64,000 bases of DNA from positions 63,050 through 127,049 of the forward strand of contig JBAZLG010000002.1 of assembly GCA_041650395.1 (NCBI GenBank), given 5' to 3'. How positions within the stretch are numbered: the stretch's first letter is position 1; every line of letters starts with the position of its first letter. The notes under the pieces are model-generated. The model saw nothing but the letters and a program-made list of their open reading frames with translations, ran no database searches and was not told where the DNA came from. The DNA comes from Candidatus Micrarchaeia archaeon. Its GTDB lineage: Archaea; Micrarchaeota; Micrarchaeia; Anstonellales; VGKX01. Position numbers and translations under genes: made by a program. Positions 51,145-59,879 of this stretch are shown one piece after another.

Positions 51145-53001
51145 TCAGGGCGAGGCCTGCGCAGGCTTCCTCGCATCCCGCGCCCTGGCGGCCTTTTCAT
51201 AGGCTTCAAAATAATTGGCTATCAGCTCGTTCCAGTCAAGCGCCCTGGCCATAGAAAACGCCTCGGTTTTCATGGCCGCCAGCCTCGAGGGGGGCATCAT
51301 GTAGAGGGATTCGAGGAAATCCGTTAGCTCCTGTGCAACCGTGGAGTCGCCCTTGCCCGCCATGTCAAGCACGCTTATGCCCTTGTCCTTCACGTCGAGC
51401 TTGGTCTTGAGGAACCTGCCTATGCCCGTGGTGTCCGAAGTGACCGAGATGCTCCCGTGCAGGGCCGATTCGGCAGGGGTGTAGCCGAAAGGCTCGTACC
51501 TGGAGAGGAACACCCCGACGTCCATGCCAGATATGACGTCATAATACGGCAGGTCCAGCAGGCCGTCGTAGGGCTTGACATAGGTGGGGTAGAATATTAC
51601 CTTGACCACGTCGTCCTGCGAATTTGTCAGGCCGCCCTCTATGCAGGAATTCACAATCTTGTCATTGGAATATGCGAGGTCGTAGGCGTTTATCAGGGGC
51701 ATGCTGCCTTCCCTGTCAAACGAGCGCATCATGGACACTATGTCCGCTTTTGTCTTGCCCACTAGGCTTGACGTCGCGGCCTGGAGGTTAGAATAGTTCT
51801 CGTCCATGGCGCCCACGCTGCCCTTTGGCAGGGTGGAGAGGAACTCGTGTATCTTGTCAAGCGTGAGGTAGTTCCTTATCACGGACTGGCGCGGGCCTAT
51901 TGTGGCGGACGGCGCGAATATGAAGGCGAACACCCTGCGCTCCGGGGCTGGCGAGAGGCGCTTGAGCTTCTTGTTGAGCAGGCCAAGGGCGGCTATGAAC
52001 AGGTCGAACCCCTTGTTGGTGAACTCGTACCTGCCCGAGGTATAGACAAGCAGGGGGTTCTTGTAATTCTGCGCGTAATAGGGTATGAAGTAGGACTCGC
52101 AGAACTGTATGAGCTCCGCGCGCACGTATTTCGACACCGGCGCTGCCAAGCTTGGTGCGGACGCATCGGACAGGTCGAGCCCGTTGGTGGTTATGACGTC
52201 GGGATACCTGCCCAGGAAATACCTGACCTCCTGCGCCACTGTCTGGCTCACGGTCGTGAACACGTCAGCGTTTATCGCGGCCGCGGCCTCGAGCAGGTGC
52301 TTCGCCTCCACGCCGAACCTGTAGGCGTTGGAAACGTTCACGCGCGCCTGCGGGTCGGCGGAGAGCGAGAGCACGTCATAGCCAGACGATGCCATGCTCC
52401 TGCCAAGCACAGTCGCGTGGGTGGTGAACACCGTGCCGCAGGGGAGGTCGTGCATCCTGCAATAGAGCAGGCCGGCCCCGGATATCCATTCGTGGAACTG
52501 CGCGACCGCCTTCTTGCCGGAATATTCGGGCATTGCAAGCAGTTTTTCAATCAGCATGCCGCACGCGTATGCCCATGCCACGTTCTCCGTGAAGTCCCAC
52601 TCGCGCGACATAAGCGAGTCGACGCCGAAATTCTTCCAGAGCAGGAACTTGACGTAATTGGAATTTGTGTCGTGCTTCTCATAGCCGTCGTAATAGCTTA
52701 CGGGCTTTTTGGCGAACTTGGACGCGTTGACGAGTATGAGCCTCGCGTTAGAGCCGTATATCCACCTGCCGACCTTGCAGGTTATGCCCTGCTCCTCCAG
52801 CGAGCGGAAGACCTTTTCCATCGAGTCGGACGGGATTTCCTCCTTGAAGTCGCCCTCGCACTTGTCGTCGCAAAAGCCCACAAGCAGGTAATCGTCGCCA
52901 AAACGCTTCACAAGGGACGCCGACTTTGACTGGAGGACGGTGTAAATGCCGCCTATCTGCCGCCCCGCCTCGGAGGAAACTTCGATTACGGCGTCAACCA
53001 T
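51145..53001 (-). CDS. Glycogen synthase-like glycosyltransferase, eukaryote-type (GT3)
   Basis: The 618-aa ORF contains EVSSEAGRQIGGIYTVLQSK and QFHEWISGAGLLYCR...TVFTTHATVLGR, which match the hallmark N-terminal blocks of GT3 glycogen synthases rather than GT5 GlgA. Confidence 0.75.
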   Translation of the reverse strand: MVDAVIEVSSEAGRQIGGIYTVLQSKSASLVKRFGDDYLLVGFCDDKCEGDFKEEIPSDSMEKVFRSLEEQGITCKVGRWIYGSNARLILVNASKFAKKPVSYYDGYEKHDTNSNYVKFLLWKNFGVDSLMSREWDFTENVAWAYACGMLIEKLLAMPEYSGKKAVAQFHEWISGAGLLYCRMHDLPCGTVFTTHATVLGRSMASSGYDVLSLSADPQARVNVSNAYRFGVEAKHLLEAAAAINADVFTTVSQTVAQEVRYFLGRYPDVITTNGLDLSDASAPSLAAPVSKYVRAELIQFCESYFIPYYAQNYKNPLLVYTSGRYEFTNKGFDLFIAALGLLNKKLKRLSPAPERRVFAFIFAPSATIGPRQSVIRNYLTLDKIHEFLSTLPKGSVGAMDENYSNLQAATSSLVGKTKADIVSMMRSFDREGSMPLINAYDLAYSNDKIVNSCIEGGLTNSQDDVVKVIFYPTYVKPYDGLLDLPYYDVISGMDVGVFLSRYEPFGYTPAESALHGSISVTSDTTGIGRFLKTKLDVKDKGISVLDMAGKGDSTVAQELTDFLESLYMMPPSRLAAMKTEAFSMARALDWNELIANYFEAYEKAARARDARKPAQASP

Positions 53002-53017
53002 TTTCCATTCACCCGCC

Positions 53018-53749
53018 TTAAGGCAGGATGGTGTACTTGCTAAGGTATACCTGCGTCGAAAGGACTATCAGGAAAGGCATGATGACGACGGAGTTTATGA
53101 ACATCGCGGCATATGTCGAATACGGCTGGGGCAGGATTGCGTAGAACACAAGCTCGTTTAGTGCAAGCATTGCAAAGCCGAGAACGAGCCACATGAGAAA
53201 GAGCGGGAACTTGCTGATTGAATAGCTCACAGACTTCTGTATGGCCCTCCAGGGCCTGTAATCGTCAATGACAAGCGCGGACGGCGTGTAGAAGAAGGGC
53301 AGCGCCGCCACAAGCGTCAGTATGGGGTAGAGCAGGGAGGAATACTGCATGCCAAAGAGCATGAGCTGGATTATGAAAAGGATAATCTGCAATGTCAGGA
53401 AAAGCCAGAACACGTTTATCGTGTACTTGCCTATGCCCGCTATCACCTCGCGCTTTATCAGCACCGAGGTGCGCATGGATTTTATCACCAGGTTGATATT
53501 GACCATGGCGAAGGAGATGAGGAAAAGGGAAACCAGGAAGGAGAACGCCATTATGCCCACGTCCCAGCTCGTGACGTCGGGTATGCTGCCCGTGCGCAGG
53601 AAAACCCCGCCAAGGGCGAGATAGACGGGCGTCTGGATGAAGAGGGGTATCAGGATGGCAAAGAGCAGGGGGATTGAGAAAAAGGAAATCAGGGTGATGT
53701 TCTTGAAGTAGGCGGAAACGGAGTATTTCAGGACCTTGAACATATGCAT
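53018..53749 (-). CDS. Hypothetical polytopic membrane protein
   Basis: A 243-aa ORF with about 6 hydrophobic helices. I saw no peptidase A24 (GxGDxK) motif. Confidence 0.6.
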   Translation of the reverse strand: MHMFKVLKYSVSAYFKNITLISFFSIPLLFAILIPLFIQTPVYLALGGVFLRTGSIPDVTSWDVGIMAFSFLVSLFLISFAMVNINLVIKSMRTSVLIKREVIAGIGKYTINVFWLFLTLQIILFIIQLMLFGMQYSSLLYPILTLVAALPFFYTPSALVIDDYRPWRAIQKSVSYSISKFPLFLMWLVLGFAMLALNELVFYAILPQPYSTYAAMFINSVVIMPFLIVLSTQVYLSKYTILP

Positions 53750-53767
53750 ACACCTTTTGCAAGCGCT

Positions 53768-54670
53768 CTAGTTCTTCTTTCTTTTCCCTGTTTTTGAATC
53801 TTTCTTTGCGGGGTTCTGGCTTTTTGGCGCCTTCCCGGCCTTTTTCGCGGGGGGCGGTTTCGGCGCGTGCCTTGCCGCGAACGATTCGAGTGTCTTGGCC
53901 TGCGGGGGCGCTGGCTGTTTGGGGGCTTGAGAGCCGGGCTTAGCGTTCGCCAGCTGGTCTATGGATGGGAAAACCTCGAAGCCGCCGGAGGATATCCTGT
54001 AATTGTGCATTTCCCTGTCCGCCCCTATGACGCCGAGCACGAAGAGCTTGTCGCCCTCGAACTCGATTACCCCGTCCATCAGGTGGCGAACCATCGTGAC
54101 GGTCTTCTCGTCGTGCATCCCCTCCTCGAGGACGAAAAAGACAGTGGCGCCGGAATTCCTGAACTTGCCGATTATGAACTGGAGGAACTTGAACACCGAG
54201 GACGCGGGCAGGGTCTCGAAAAGGGTCGAGAGCGAATGCACGCCCACCCGGAAGCTAAGCGGGCATTCCTTCTCGCACAACTCGTCCACAGCCCGGGAGA
54301 TTTTAAGCGAAATCGAGCTTAGCGCAGTGGAGGAGTCGGCGTAGGAGACTATCTCGGTGTCCCGAAGCGACAGGTCGAACTGCTTTGAGTAGCAGTCTAT
54401 GACGCGGACAAGCCCTTTTTTCTCGTATTCGCCGACGCTCTCGCCAGTCTTTTCCATCATGCGCTTCCAGTCGTCGTAGCCGAAGTCGGTGAGCAGGTAG
54501 AGGGCTGGTATGCCCTGTTTCATGCCGTTGTAGACAAGCTCCATCAGAAGCGGCCTCTTGCCGCACATGGGGGAGCCGTAAATGAGCAGGTTGGAGGGCG
54601 ACTCAAGCCCGCCGCCAAGGACGATGTCCAGCCCTTTAACTCCGGTCTTGATTTTTGTGCCCTGCGCCAT
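53768..54670 (-). CDS. KaiC/RecA-superfamily ATPase-like protein with a deviant P-loop and a Lys/Pro-rich tail
   Basis: The sequence reads KTGVKGLDIVLGGGLESPSNLLIYGSPMCGKRPLLMELVYNG. The Walker A motif ends GKR rather than GK[ST]. The C-terminus is APKQPAPPQAK...KKDSKTGKRKKN. Confidence 0.7.
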   Translation of the reverse strand: MAQGTKIKTGVKGLDIVLGGGLESPSNLLIYGSPMCGKRPLLMELVYNGMKQGIPALYLLTDFGYDDWKRMMEKTGESVGEYEKKGLVRVIDCYSKQFDLSLRDTEIVSYADSSTALSSISLKISRAVDELCEKECPLSFRVGVHSLSTLFETLPASSVFKFLQFIIGKFRNSGATVFFVLEEGMHDEKTVTMVRHLMDGVIEFEGDKLFVLGVIGADREMHNYRISSGGFEVFPSIDQLANAKPGSQAPKQPAPPQAKTLESFAARHAPKPPPAKKAGKAPKSQNPAKKDSKTGKRKKN

Positions 54671-54767
54671 GAAAAACCCATTCGATTATTTTTTGATGCC
54701 CGCCACGGCTGGCATGGAACCTGTCCTTGCACGCCTTTATCGGGATATGAAGACTTGCACGCTCATA

Positions 54768-54775
54768 TTTATAAA
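54768..54775 (+). promoter_or_regulatory. TATA box for the KaiC-like gene 54799-55548 (leaderless-type spacing)
   Basis: TTTATAAA lies 24-31 nt upstream of the ATG at 54799, in the AT-rich divergent intergenic region between two KaiC-like genes. Confidence 0.45.
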
Positions 54776-54798
54776 GATTTTTAAAAATATAGTCATAG

Positions 54799-55548
54799 AT
54801 GGCAACGAAAAACAAAAAAGCCCAAAAAGAGCCCGCGGCAGTAGACCCCAACCGGGTGCCGACAGGCATACCCGGCCTTGACGACCTTATAACAGGCGGG
54901 ATTGAAAAGGAGTCCAATGTCCTTGTCATGGGCGGGCCGGGCTCCGGCAAGACCACTTTTCTTGTCCAGTTCCTAGTCCAGGGCGCGCTCAAGTACAACG
55001 AGCCGGGGCTTTTTTTGACGTTTGAGGAGCAGAAGGAGACGCTTGTCAAGCACATGGGTAATTTCGGCTGGGACCTCAACGCGCTCGAAGACGAGGGCAT
55101 GTTTACCGTCATAACCTACAAGCCGCACGAAGTGAAAAAGCTCCTTGACGAGGGCGGCGGCATGATTTGGGACTCCATACATTCCATCAAGGCCAAGAGG
55201 CTCGCCGTGGACTCGCTTTCTACCTACGCCATGCTCTTCGACACGAATTACCAGATGCGCGAGAGCCAGCTATTGCTTTTCGACCTGTTGAGAAAATGGA
55301 ACATCACCACGCTTCTTTCAGGGGAGGCGCAGAACGCCTCATTGATCAGGAAATTCACGGGCATGGAATACCTCACTGACGGCGTGATACTCCTGCACCA
55401 CCCGAGGCAGGGAAACGCAAGGGTCAGGGCGCTTGAGGTGCTCAAGCTAAGAGGCATTGGCCATTCCCAAAAAATCTGCCCGTTCGAGTTCATAGAGGGC
55501 AGGGGCATAGAGGTCTACCCGGACGAGGACGTTTTCTCGGAAATGTGA
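54799..55548 (+). CDS. KaiC/RecA-superfamily ATPase (single domain, FlaH/ArlH-like)
   Basis: The sequence RVPTGIPGLDDLITGGIEKESNVLVMGGPGSGKTTFLVQFLVQGA has a canonical Walker A motif and a Walker B-like LAVDS. It is homologous to 39897-40742. Confidence 0.8.
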   Translation: MATKNKKAQKEPAAVDPNRVPTGIPGLDDLITGGIEKESNVLVMGGPGSGKTTFLVQFLVQGALKYNEPGLFLTFEEQKETLVKHMGNFGWDLNALEDEGMFTVITYKPHEVKKLLDEGGGMIWDSIHSIKAKRLAVDSLSTYAMLFDTNYQMRESQLLLFDLLRKWNITTLLSGEAQNASLIRKFTGMEYLTDGVILLHHPRQGNARVRALEVLKLRGIGHSQKICPFEFIEGRGIEVYPDEDVFSEM

Positions 55549-55564
55549 TTCGGCATTCCCCACC

Positions 55565-56086
55565 CTATTTTTTCCTTCTGTTTTTCCTGGATTTTTTCTT
55601 CTTGACAGGGTACAAAGCATCAACGAGCCAGAGCAGAGCGGAAAAGCCAATAACCATAACCTGAAAGGCTATTATGATATAAAAGAGGAATACGACCAGA
55701 TGAAAACTCGGGGCATTCCAGTCACTAAAATGCTCGCCATATTTCTGCGTAGTAGTAATAGAGAAAACAACGAACGCGAGAAGGAAAAAAAGCATTAGCA
55801 GAAATTGAACTTTGACCGCAGTGTATTCTATTTGCCGGATGTAGCCTGCAGACTGGAAAAGAAATCTAGACGAGAGTAACATGAAGAGAAGGAGAAAAAA
55901 ACTCACATTGAACAAGTTAATCCCTAAATCAGAGCCAGAACCGGCCATCTGAAAGACAAGAGTGAAAATCAAGAGAAGTATGCTTATCAATACGAGTTGG
56001 GCATCCTGCCTGTCCTCTTTAGAGATGCCCCGCTTCAACTGGCCCGAAACAACCGTATTTGCTCCTTTTTTAAGATTCTCAAACAC
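55565..56086 (-). CDS. Hypothetical membrane protein
   Basis: A 173-aa ORF with about 4 hydrophobic helices and a poly-Lys/Arg C-terminus. No family recognised. Confidence 0.55.
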   Translation of the reverse strand: MFENLKKGANTVVSGQLKRGISKEDRQDAQLVLISILLLIFTLVFQMAGSGSDLGINLFNVSFFLLLFMLLSSRFLFQSAGYIRQIEYTAVKVQFLLMLFFLLAFVVFSITTTQKYGEHFSDWNAPSFHLVVFLFYIIIAFQVMVIGFSALLWLVDALYPVKKKKSRKNRRKK

Positions 56087-56118
56087 GTTATAACCCCAGA
56101 TACGGCTCCTTCATCGCG

Positions 56119-56589
56119 TCACTGGCATAAACCTACAAGGTCCTTTGAATAGCCGTCAAAGCCCTGTACCTTGTCAAGGCCGTCAGACTCAATGTAACTG
56201 AAGGTTATCTCGCGCGAGCTTATGGAATAGGCAAGGCCGGGCGCGCAGGCGAGGTAACCGCCGTGCATCACTATCTGGGTTTTCTCGCCCGCGAAAAGGT
56301 CAATCGGCAGGGCGGGGCTTGTGGAATTGAAGCCCGCCACGCGCAGGCCGGTCAGTGTGAGCCTTTCAGGCTCCGAGTTCTGTATGACAAGGGATAGGGT
56401 GCCGTTGCCCGCGTTCTCGTGCGAGAGCACGTGGAAAGGCCTTGCGATGCCTCGCCAGTAGACGCTCGACTGCGTGATGCGCGCGCCCTGCTGGAGCGGA
56501 GGGAACAGGCTTAGCAGGACAAAGAAGACTAGGACTATCACAAAGCCGATCAATATCGCAAGCAGGAACTTGTCGAGTTGGAAAGCCAT
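56119..56589 (-). CDS. Pilin paralog lacking the canonical prepilin cleavage motif
   Basis: I prefer the ATG at 56589 (MAFQLDKFLLAILIGFVIVLVFFVLLSLFPP). The body is homologous to the two upstream pilins (SSVYWRGIARPFHVLSH...LSLVIQNSEPERLTLTGLRV...KDLVGLCQ), but it has no K/R-G-Q site. Confidence 0.65.
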   Translation of the reverse strand: MAFQLDKFLLAILIGFVIVLVFFVLLSLFPPLQQGARITQSSVYWRGIARPFHVLSHENAGNGTLSLVIQNSEPERLTLTGLRVAGFNSTSPALPIDLFAGEKTQIVMHGGYLACAPGLAYSISSREITFSYIESDGLDKVQGFDGYSKDLVGLCQ

Positions 56590-56721
56590 TTGCCAGGTCA
56601 CCTGTGAAGCATAAAGGCGGCAGGGTTTTAATTTGCATTGGGTCGCAGGAGTGCGCCATGGCGATTCGCGCATGGGAAAAAGGAATGGAAAAAGGCGCGC
56701 GCAAAGCAGAGGCTAAGGGAT

Positions 56722-56757
56722 GGTGAAAATAAAAAGAAAAAAAGTGGGGAAATGGGC
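56722..56757 (-). terminator. Oligo-T tracts downstream of pilin gene 56758-57231
   Basis: The minus strand reads CCCACTTTTTTTCTTTTTATTTTCACC immediately after the stop. Confidence 0.45.
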
Positions 56758-57231
56758 TTAGCCGCACGTCCCTATGAGGTCCTTCACTGCAGCGTCGCCG
56801 CCCTGTTTCTGCCCTGCGATTGAGGCGGAGTCGTAGGTGAAGGAAATCGCATTGCCCGCAATGTCGTACCTTGTGGACCCGTTGCCGCAAACGCCCGTGT
56901 TGTTTATGACAAAGGCAGCCTTCTTCTCGCCGCCAAGGAACTCAATGCTCGAGTTTGTGGAGCCATTGCCGACCGTCATGCTGGTCAGTGTCAGCTTCTT
57001 GGAGTCCGCGTTCTGCAGCACTACTGTGAGTGCGCCATTGCTTGCCTTGTGCTCAACAATCCTGAACGGGTAGGCAGTTCCCTGCCAGTACGAGTCGGAC
57101 TGCGCTTTCTGGGCGTCGGTTGAAAGGCCCGGGAAGAATCCGAGTAGCGCTATTGCCACGAGTGCGACAATGAGCACGACTGCCAGGATAACCAGGTATT
57201 CAGTCGAGCCTTGGCCTTTTCTTGTGTTCAT
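56758..57231 (-). CDS. Type IV pilin (class III signal peptide)
   Basis: The N-terminus is MNTRKGQGSTEYLVILAVVLIVALVAIALLGFFPGL, with a conserved body (DSYWQGTAYPFRIVEH...LTVVLQNADSKKLTLTSMTV...KDLIGTCG). Confidence 0.85.
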   Translation of the reverse strand: MNTRKGQGSTEYLVILAVVLIVALVAIALLGFFPGLSTDAQKAQSDSYWQGTAYPFRIVEHKASNGALTVVLQNADSKKLTLTSMTVGNGSTNSSIEFLGGEKKAAFVINNTGVCGNGSTRYDIAGNAISFTYDSASIAGQKQGGDAAVKDLIGTCG

Positions 57232-57253
57232 TCAAATCCCTCTAAAATACTGT

Positions 57254-57712
57254 TTATGCGCACTTGCCTATGAGCGTCTTGGTGCCCTGTTCAAGCTTTG
57301 AGAGGCCCGAACCAGTTGTGTAGGAGATGTTCACCTGGTACTCATAAGTGTCGCCTGCCGTGCAGGAAGTGAGCCCGGTAAAGTTGCCTATTGTCTTTTG
57401 CTGGCCGCCCGCGAACGTTATTGTCGTGGAGTTGCCGATTGTGCCGTTGCCAACTGCCATCGCCGTGATTGTGAGGGCCTCTGATTCAGAGTTGAGCATC
57501 ACGAGGCTAAGCGTTGTGCCGCTCTGGACGTGGTCCTTTATCTGGAATGGCCTTGCCTCTCCCCTCCAGTAGGAGTCAGACTGGGTGATTTTCGCGTCGC
57601 CTGCGAGCCCCGGGAAGAACCCAAGAAGCGCGATTGACACGAGCGCTATGATAAGCACTACTGCCAACAGAACTAGATATTCTGTGGCGCCTTGACCTTT
57701 TCTAAATTCCAT
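57254..57712 (-). CDS. Type IV pilin (class III signal peptide)
   Basis: I prefer the ATG at 57712 (MEFRKGQGATEYLVLLAVVLIIALVSIALLGFFPGL), with GGAGG about 10 nt upstream. It is a paralog of 56758-57231. Confidence 0.85.
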   Translation of the reverse strand: MEFRKGQGATEYLVLLAVVLIIALVSIALLGFFPGLAGDAKITQSDSYWRGEARPFQIKDHVQSGTTLSLVMLNSESEALTITAMAVGNGTIGNSTTITFAGGQQKTIGNFTGLTSCTAGDTYEYQVNISYTTGSGLSKLEQGTKTLIGKCA

Positions 57713-57762
57713 GCGAGTATCGCCTCCGAAATGTAATGTCGTTCTCTTATTTCTGGATGCTG

Positions 57763-57770
57763 TATATAAA
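57763..57770 (-). promoter_or_regulatory. TATA box upstream of the pilin gene pair
   Basis: The minus strand reads AAGATTTATATACAG. The box lies about 50-58 nt upstream of the ATG at 57712, leaving a short leader that carries GGAGG. Confidence 0.45.
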
Positions 57771-57885
57771 TCTTTGCACAATCACCGAGGTAAAAACATG
57801 CAAAACTCCGTGAAAAACCACTTTAAAAAACAGGGAAAATAATACTGTTTAGATGGCATATCGCAGGCGCCGCGCCCAATCCGGC

Positions 57886-58926
57886 CTAAAATATGGAGCC
57901 GATGAATGATGAGACAAGTGCCCTTATGACAAGGTAGATAATCGACGTGGCTATGGCGAGGGGCAGGACATATTTTACGCCGTAGAGGAACTTGCCTTCG
58001 GATATCACACCTATGAGGAGGCTGACAAGCGTGCACGTGCCGAATATGATTACAAAGGCCATCTGGAAAACGAAGTTCGGCGAGAGCGTCAGCTTGGGGG
58101 CGGTCAGGGCCGTAGTGGCGCTCGTGATGGAGCCAGCGTCGAGGCTCGACTGGATTTTCGCGAAGGTGGTCAGGAACTGGCCCGATATGGCAAGCAGCAG
58201 GGGCAGGCCCACGATTACCACGAAGAACAGGAATATTGTGTAGGAGCGCGTGTTGAGGGCAAGCTCCTTTTTGAGCTGCTCCATCTCGCGCAACTCCTCC
58301 GCGGCCGATTCCAGAAGCTCCGCGAGCTTGCCGCCCGAGCGCAGCCCCTGCTCGAAGAACGTGATTGTCCTGCCGAGAAGCGGCGAGTCTATGCGCGCGG
58401 TGAGCTGGAGCAGGGAAGTCGAAAGCGACTCTGTTCCCAGGGACTTCGCAGCGACTATCTTGATTTCCTTCTCAAGGGGCCCGAATTCCGGGCGCGCGGC
58501 GAGCCTGAAGGCCGCGAACGGCGCCATGCCGGAGCGCAGGTTGGCGGCCACCATCATCAAAAAGTCCGGGAGCACCTCCTCGACCCTGCTCGTCCTGCCA
58601 TGGACAAGGTAGTAAAGGTGCATGTATATCAGCACAATGGAGATTACAGCGAACAGGCCGGCAAAAAGCAGGCCCACGCCGGTTATGAACACGATTTCGG
58701 AGCCTGAAAGGCCGACGAGGTCGAACGAATATACCCCCAGGTGCGGCAGTATGCTGAACGGCACGAGGAAGCCGACAACGGAGAAAAGCGCCACCACGAG
58801 GACCATCGAGCCTATCCAGACCTCCGGCTCGGCCTCTATGCCTGCATGCGCCAGCCTGCGCTCTATTATGCCGGCGCTCTGGTTGTCAAGGACCTTCGAG
58901 AACCTCTTGTAAAGTACGTATTTCAA
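57886..58926 (-). CDS. T2SS-F-domain membrane protein (TadC/FlaJ-like platform subunit 2)
   Basis: The 346-aa ORF contains VEEVLPDFLMMVAANLRSGMAP...GGKLAELLESAA and is homologous to 37988-38956. Confidence 0.8.
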   Translation of the reverse strand: MKYVLYKRFSKVLDNQSAGIIERRLAHAGIEAEPEVWIGSMVLVVALFSVVGFLVPFSILPHLGVYSFDLVGLSGSEIVFITGVGLLFAGLFAVISIVLIYMHLYYLVHGRTSRVEEVLPDFLMMVAANLRSGMAPFAAFRLAARPEFGPLEKEIKIVAAKSLGTESLSTSLLQLTARIDSPLLGRTITFFEQGLRSGGKLAELLESAAEELREMEQLKKELALNTRSYTIFLFFVVIVGLPLLLAISGQFLTTFAKIQSSLDAGSITSATTALTAPKLTLSPNFVFQMAFVIIFGTCTLVSLLIGVISEGKFLYGVKYVLPLAIATSIIYLVIRALVSSFIGSIF

Positions 58927-58939
58927 AGATATTACCTTC

Positions 58940-59842
58940 CTATATTATGTTGGGCCTCTGCATTTTTATGAACCCTATCAAAAGCACCTGCATGAAAAAC
59001 GATGCCAGGATTACGCCAGCGAACACGAGCTCGTTTATGCCGAGTATGCCGAACACGGAAAAAATGACAAGCACAGTGATGCCCACAGTGGGGACCACGG
59101 CCGCAAGAAGCAGGTAGATGAGCACGAGGAAGTTCAGCTCCGAGTTGTATTTCTTTATCAGCCCGAACTGGTAATTGACAAGCATCGTCACCATGGACTT
59201 GAGCGCGGAGGAAAGGTTGGCCCCTGCCCGGATGGTGGTCACAAGCTGCCAGACAGTCTTTTTCAGGTATTGCGAGCGCGTGCGCACAGCCATGTCCTCC
59301 AGAGAATCCACGGTCGACCTGCCAAGGGATATGTCCTTGTATGCCTTCTCGAACTCCGCGGATACGTAGCCATAGCCCGCGCCGCCCACATTGCCCATAG
59401 CGCCGTAAAGAGATATGCCGGACTTGACCTGCACGAGTATGTCCCTTACCGCGTAGACAAGGTCGCGGTCAATCTGGGATTCCACCTTCTGCGCCACTAT
59501 GCGCGGGTAGGAGGCGAGAAGCACGAACACAAGGATGAAGACGAAGAAAAAGCCCAAAAACGGGGCCAAAAGCGCCTGCGTCTCGGTTATTGTAGTCGAG
59601 AACGACACTAGAACGCGCATGAGCACGCCGAAAAAGGCGGCATACGCAACGGACGAGATGAATGCGGAAATCAGGAACTGGTCAGAGGAATAGGTCTTTA
59701 TGCCCGCGTCGCGCAGGTCGTATTCCACGAACGGCAGTATGCCCTTGAGCCTGTAGCCTATGGGCTTGAGGAACGAGAGCCTCTTTTTCACGTATTCCGG
59801 GTTTACGAGAATGAACGGGATTGTTTCCTGAGCCATTGGCAT
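58940..59842 (-). CDS. T2SS-F-domain membrane protein (TadB/FlaJ-like platform subunit 1)
   Basis: The 300-aa ORF contains LVYAVRDILVQVKSGISLYGAM...VDSLEDMAVRTRSQYLKKTVWQL and is homologous to 37113-37988. Confidence 0.8.
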   Translation of the reverse strand: MPMAQETIPFILVNPEYVKKRLSFLKPIGYRLKGILPFVEYDLRDAGIKTYSSDQFLISAFISSVAYAAFFGVLMRVLVSFSTTITETQALLAPFLGFFFVFILVFVLLASYPRIVAQKVESQIDRDLVYAVRDILVQVKSGISLYGAMGNVGGAGYGYVSAEFEKAYKDISLGRSTVDSLEDMAVRTRSQYLKKTVWQLVTTIRAGANLSSALKSMVTMLVNYQFGLIKKYNSELNFLVLIYLLLAAVVPTVGITVLVIFSVFGILGINELVFAGVILASFFMQVLLIGFIKMQRPNII

Positions 59843-59879
59843 CCTACCTTCTTGCCGGCATCGCCCCGGCAGGCGGCCC

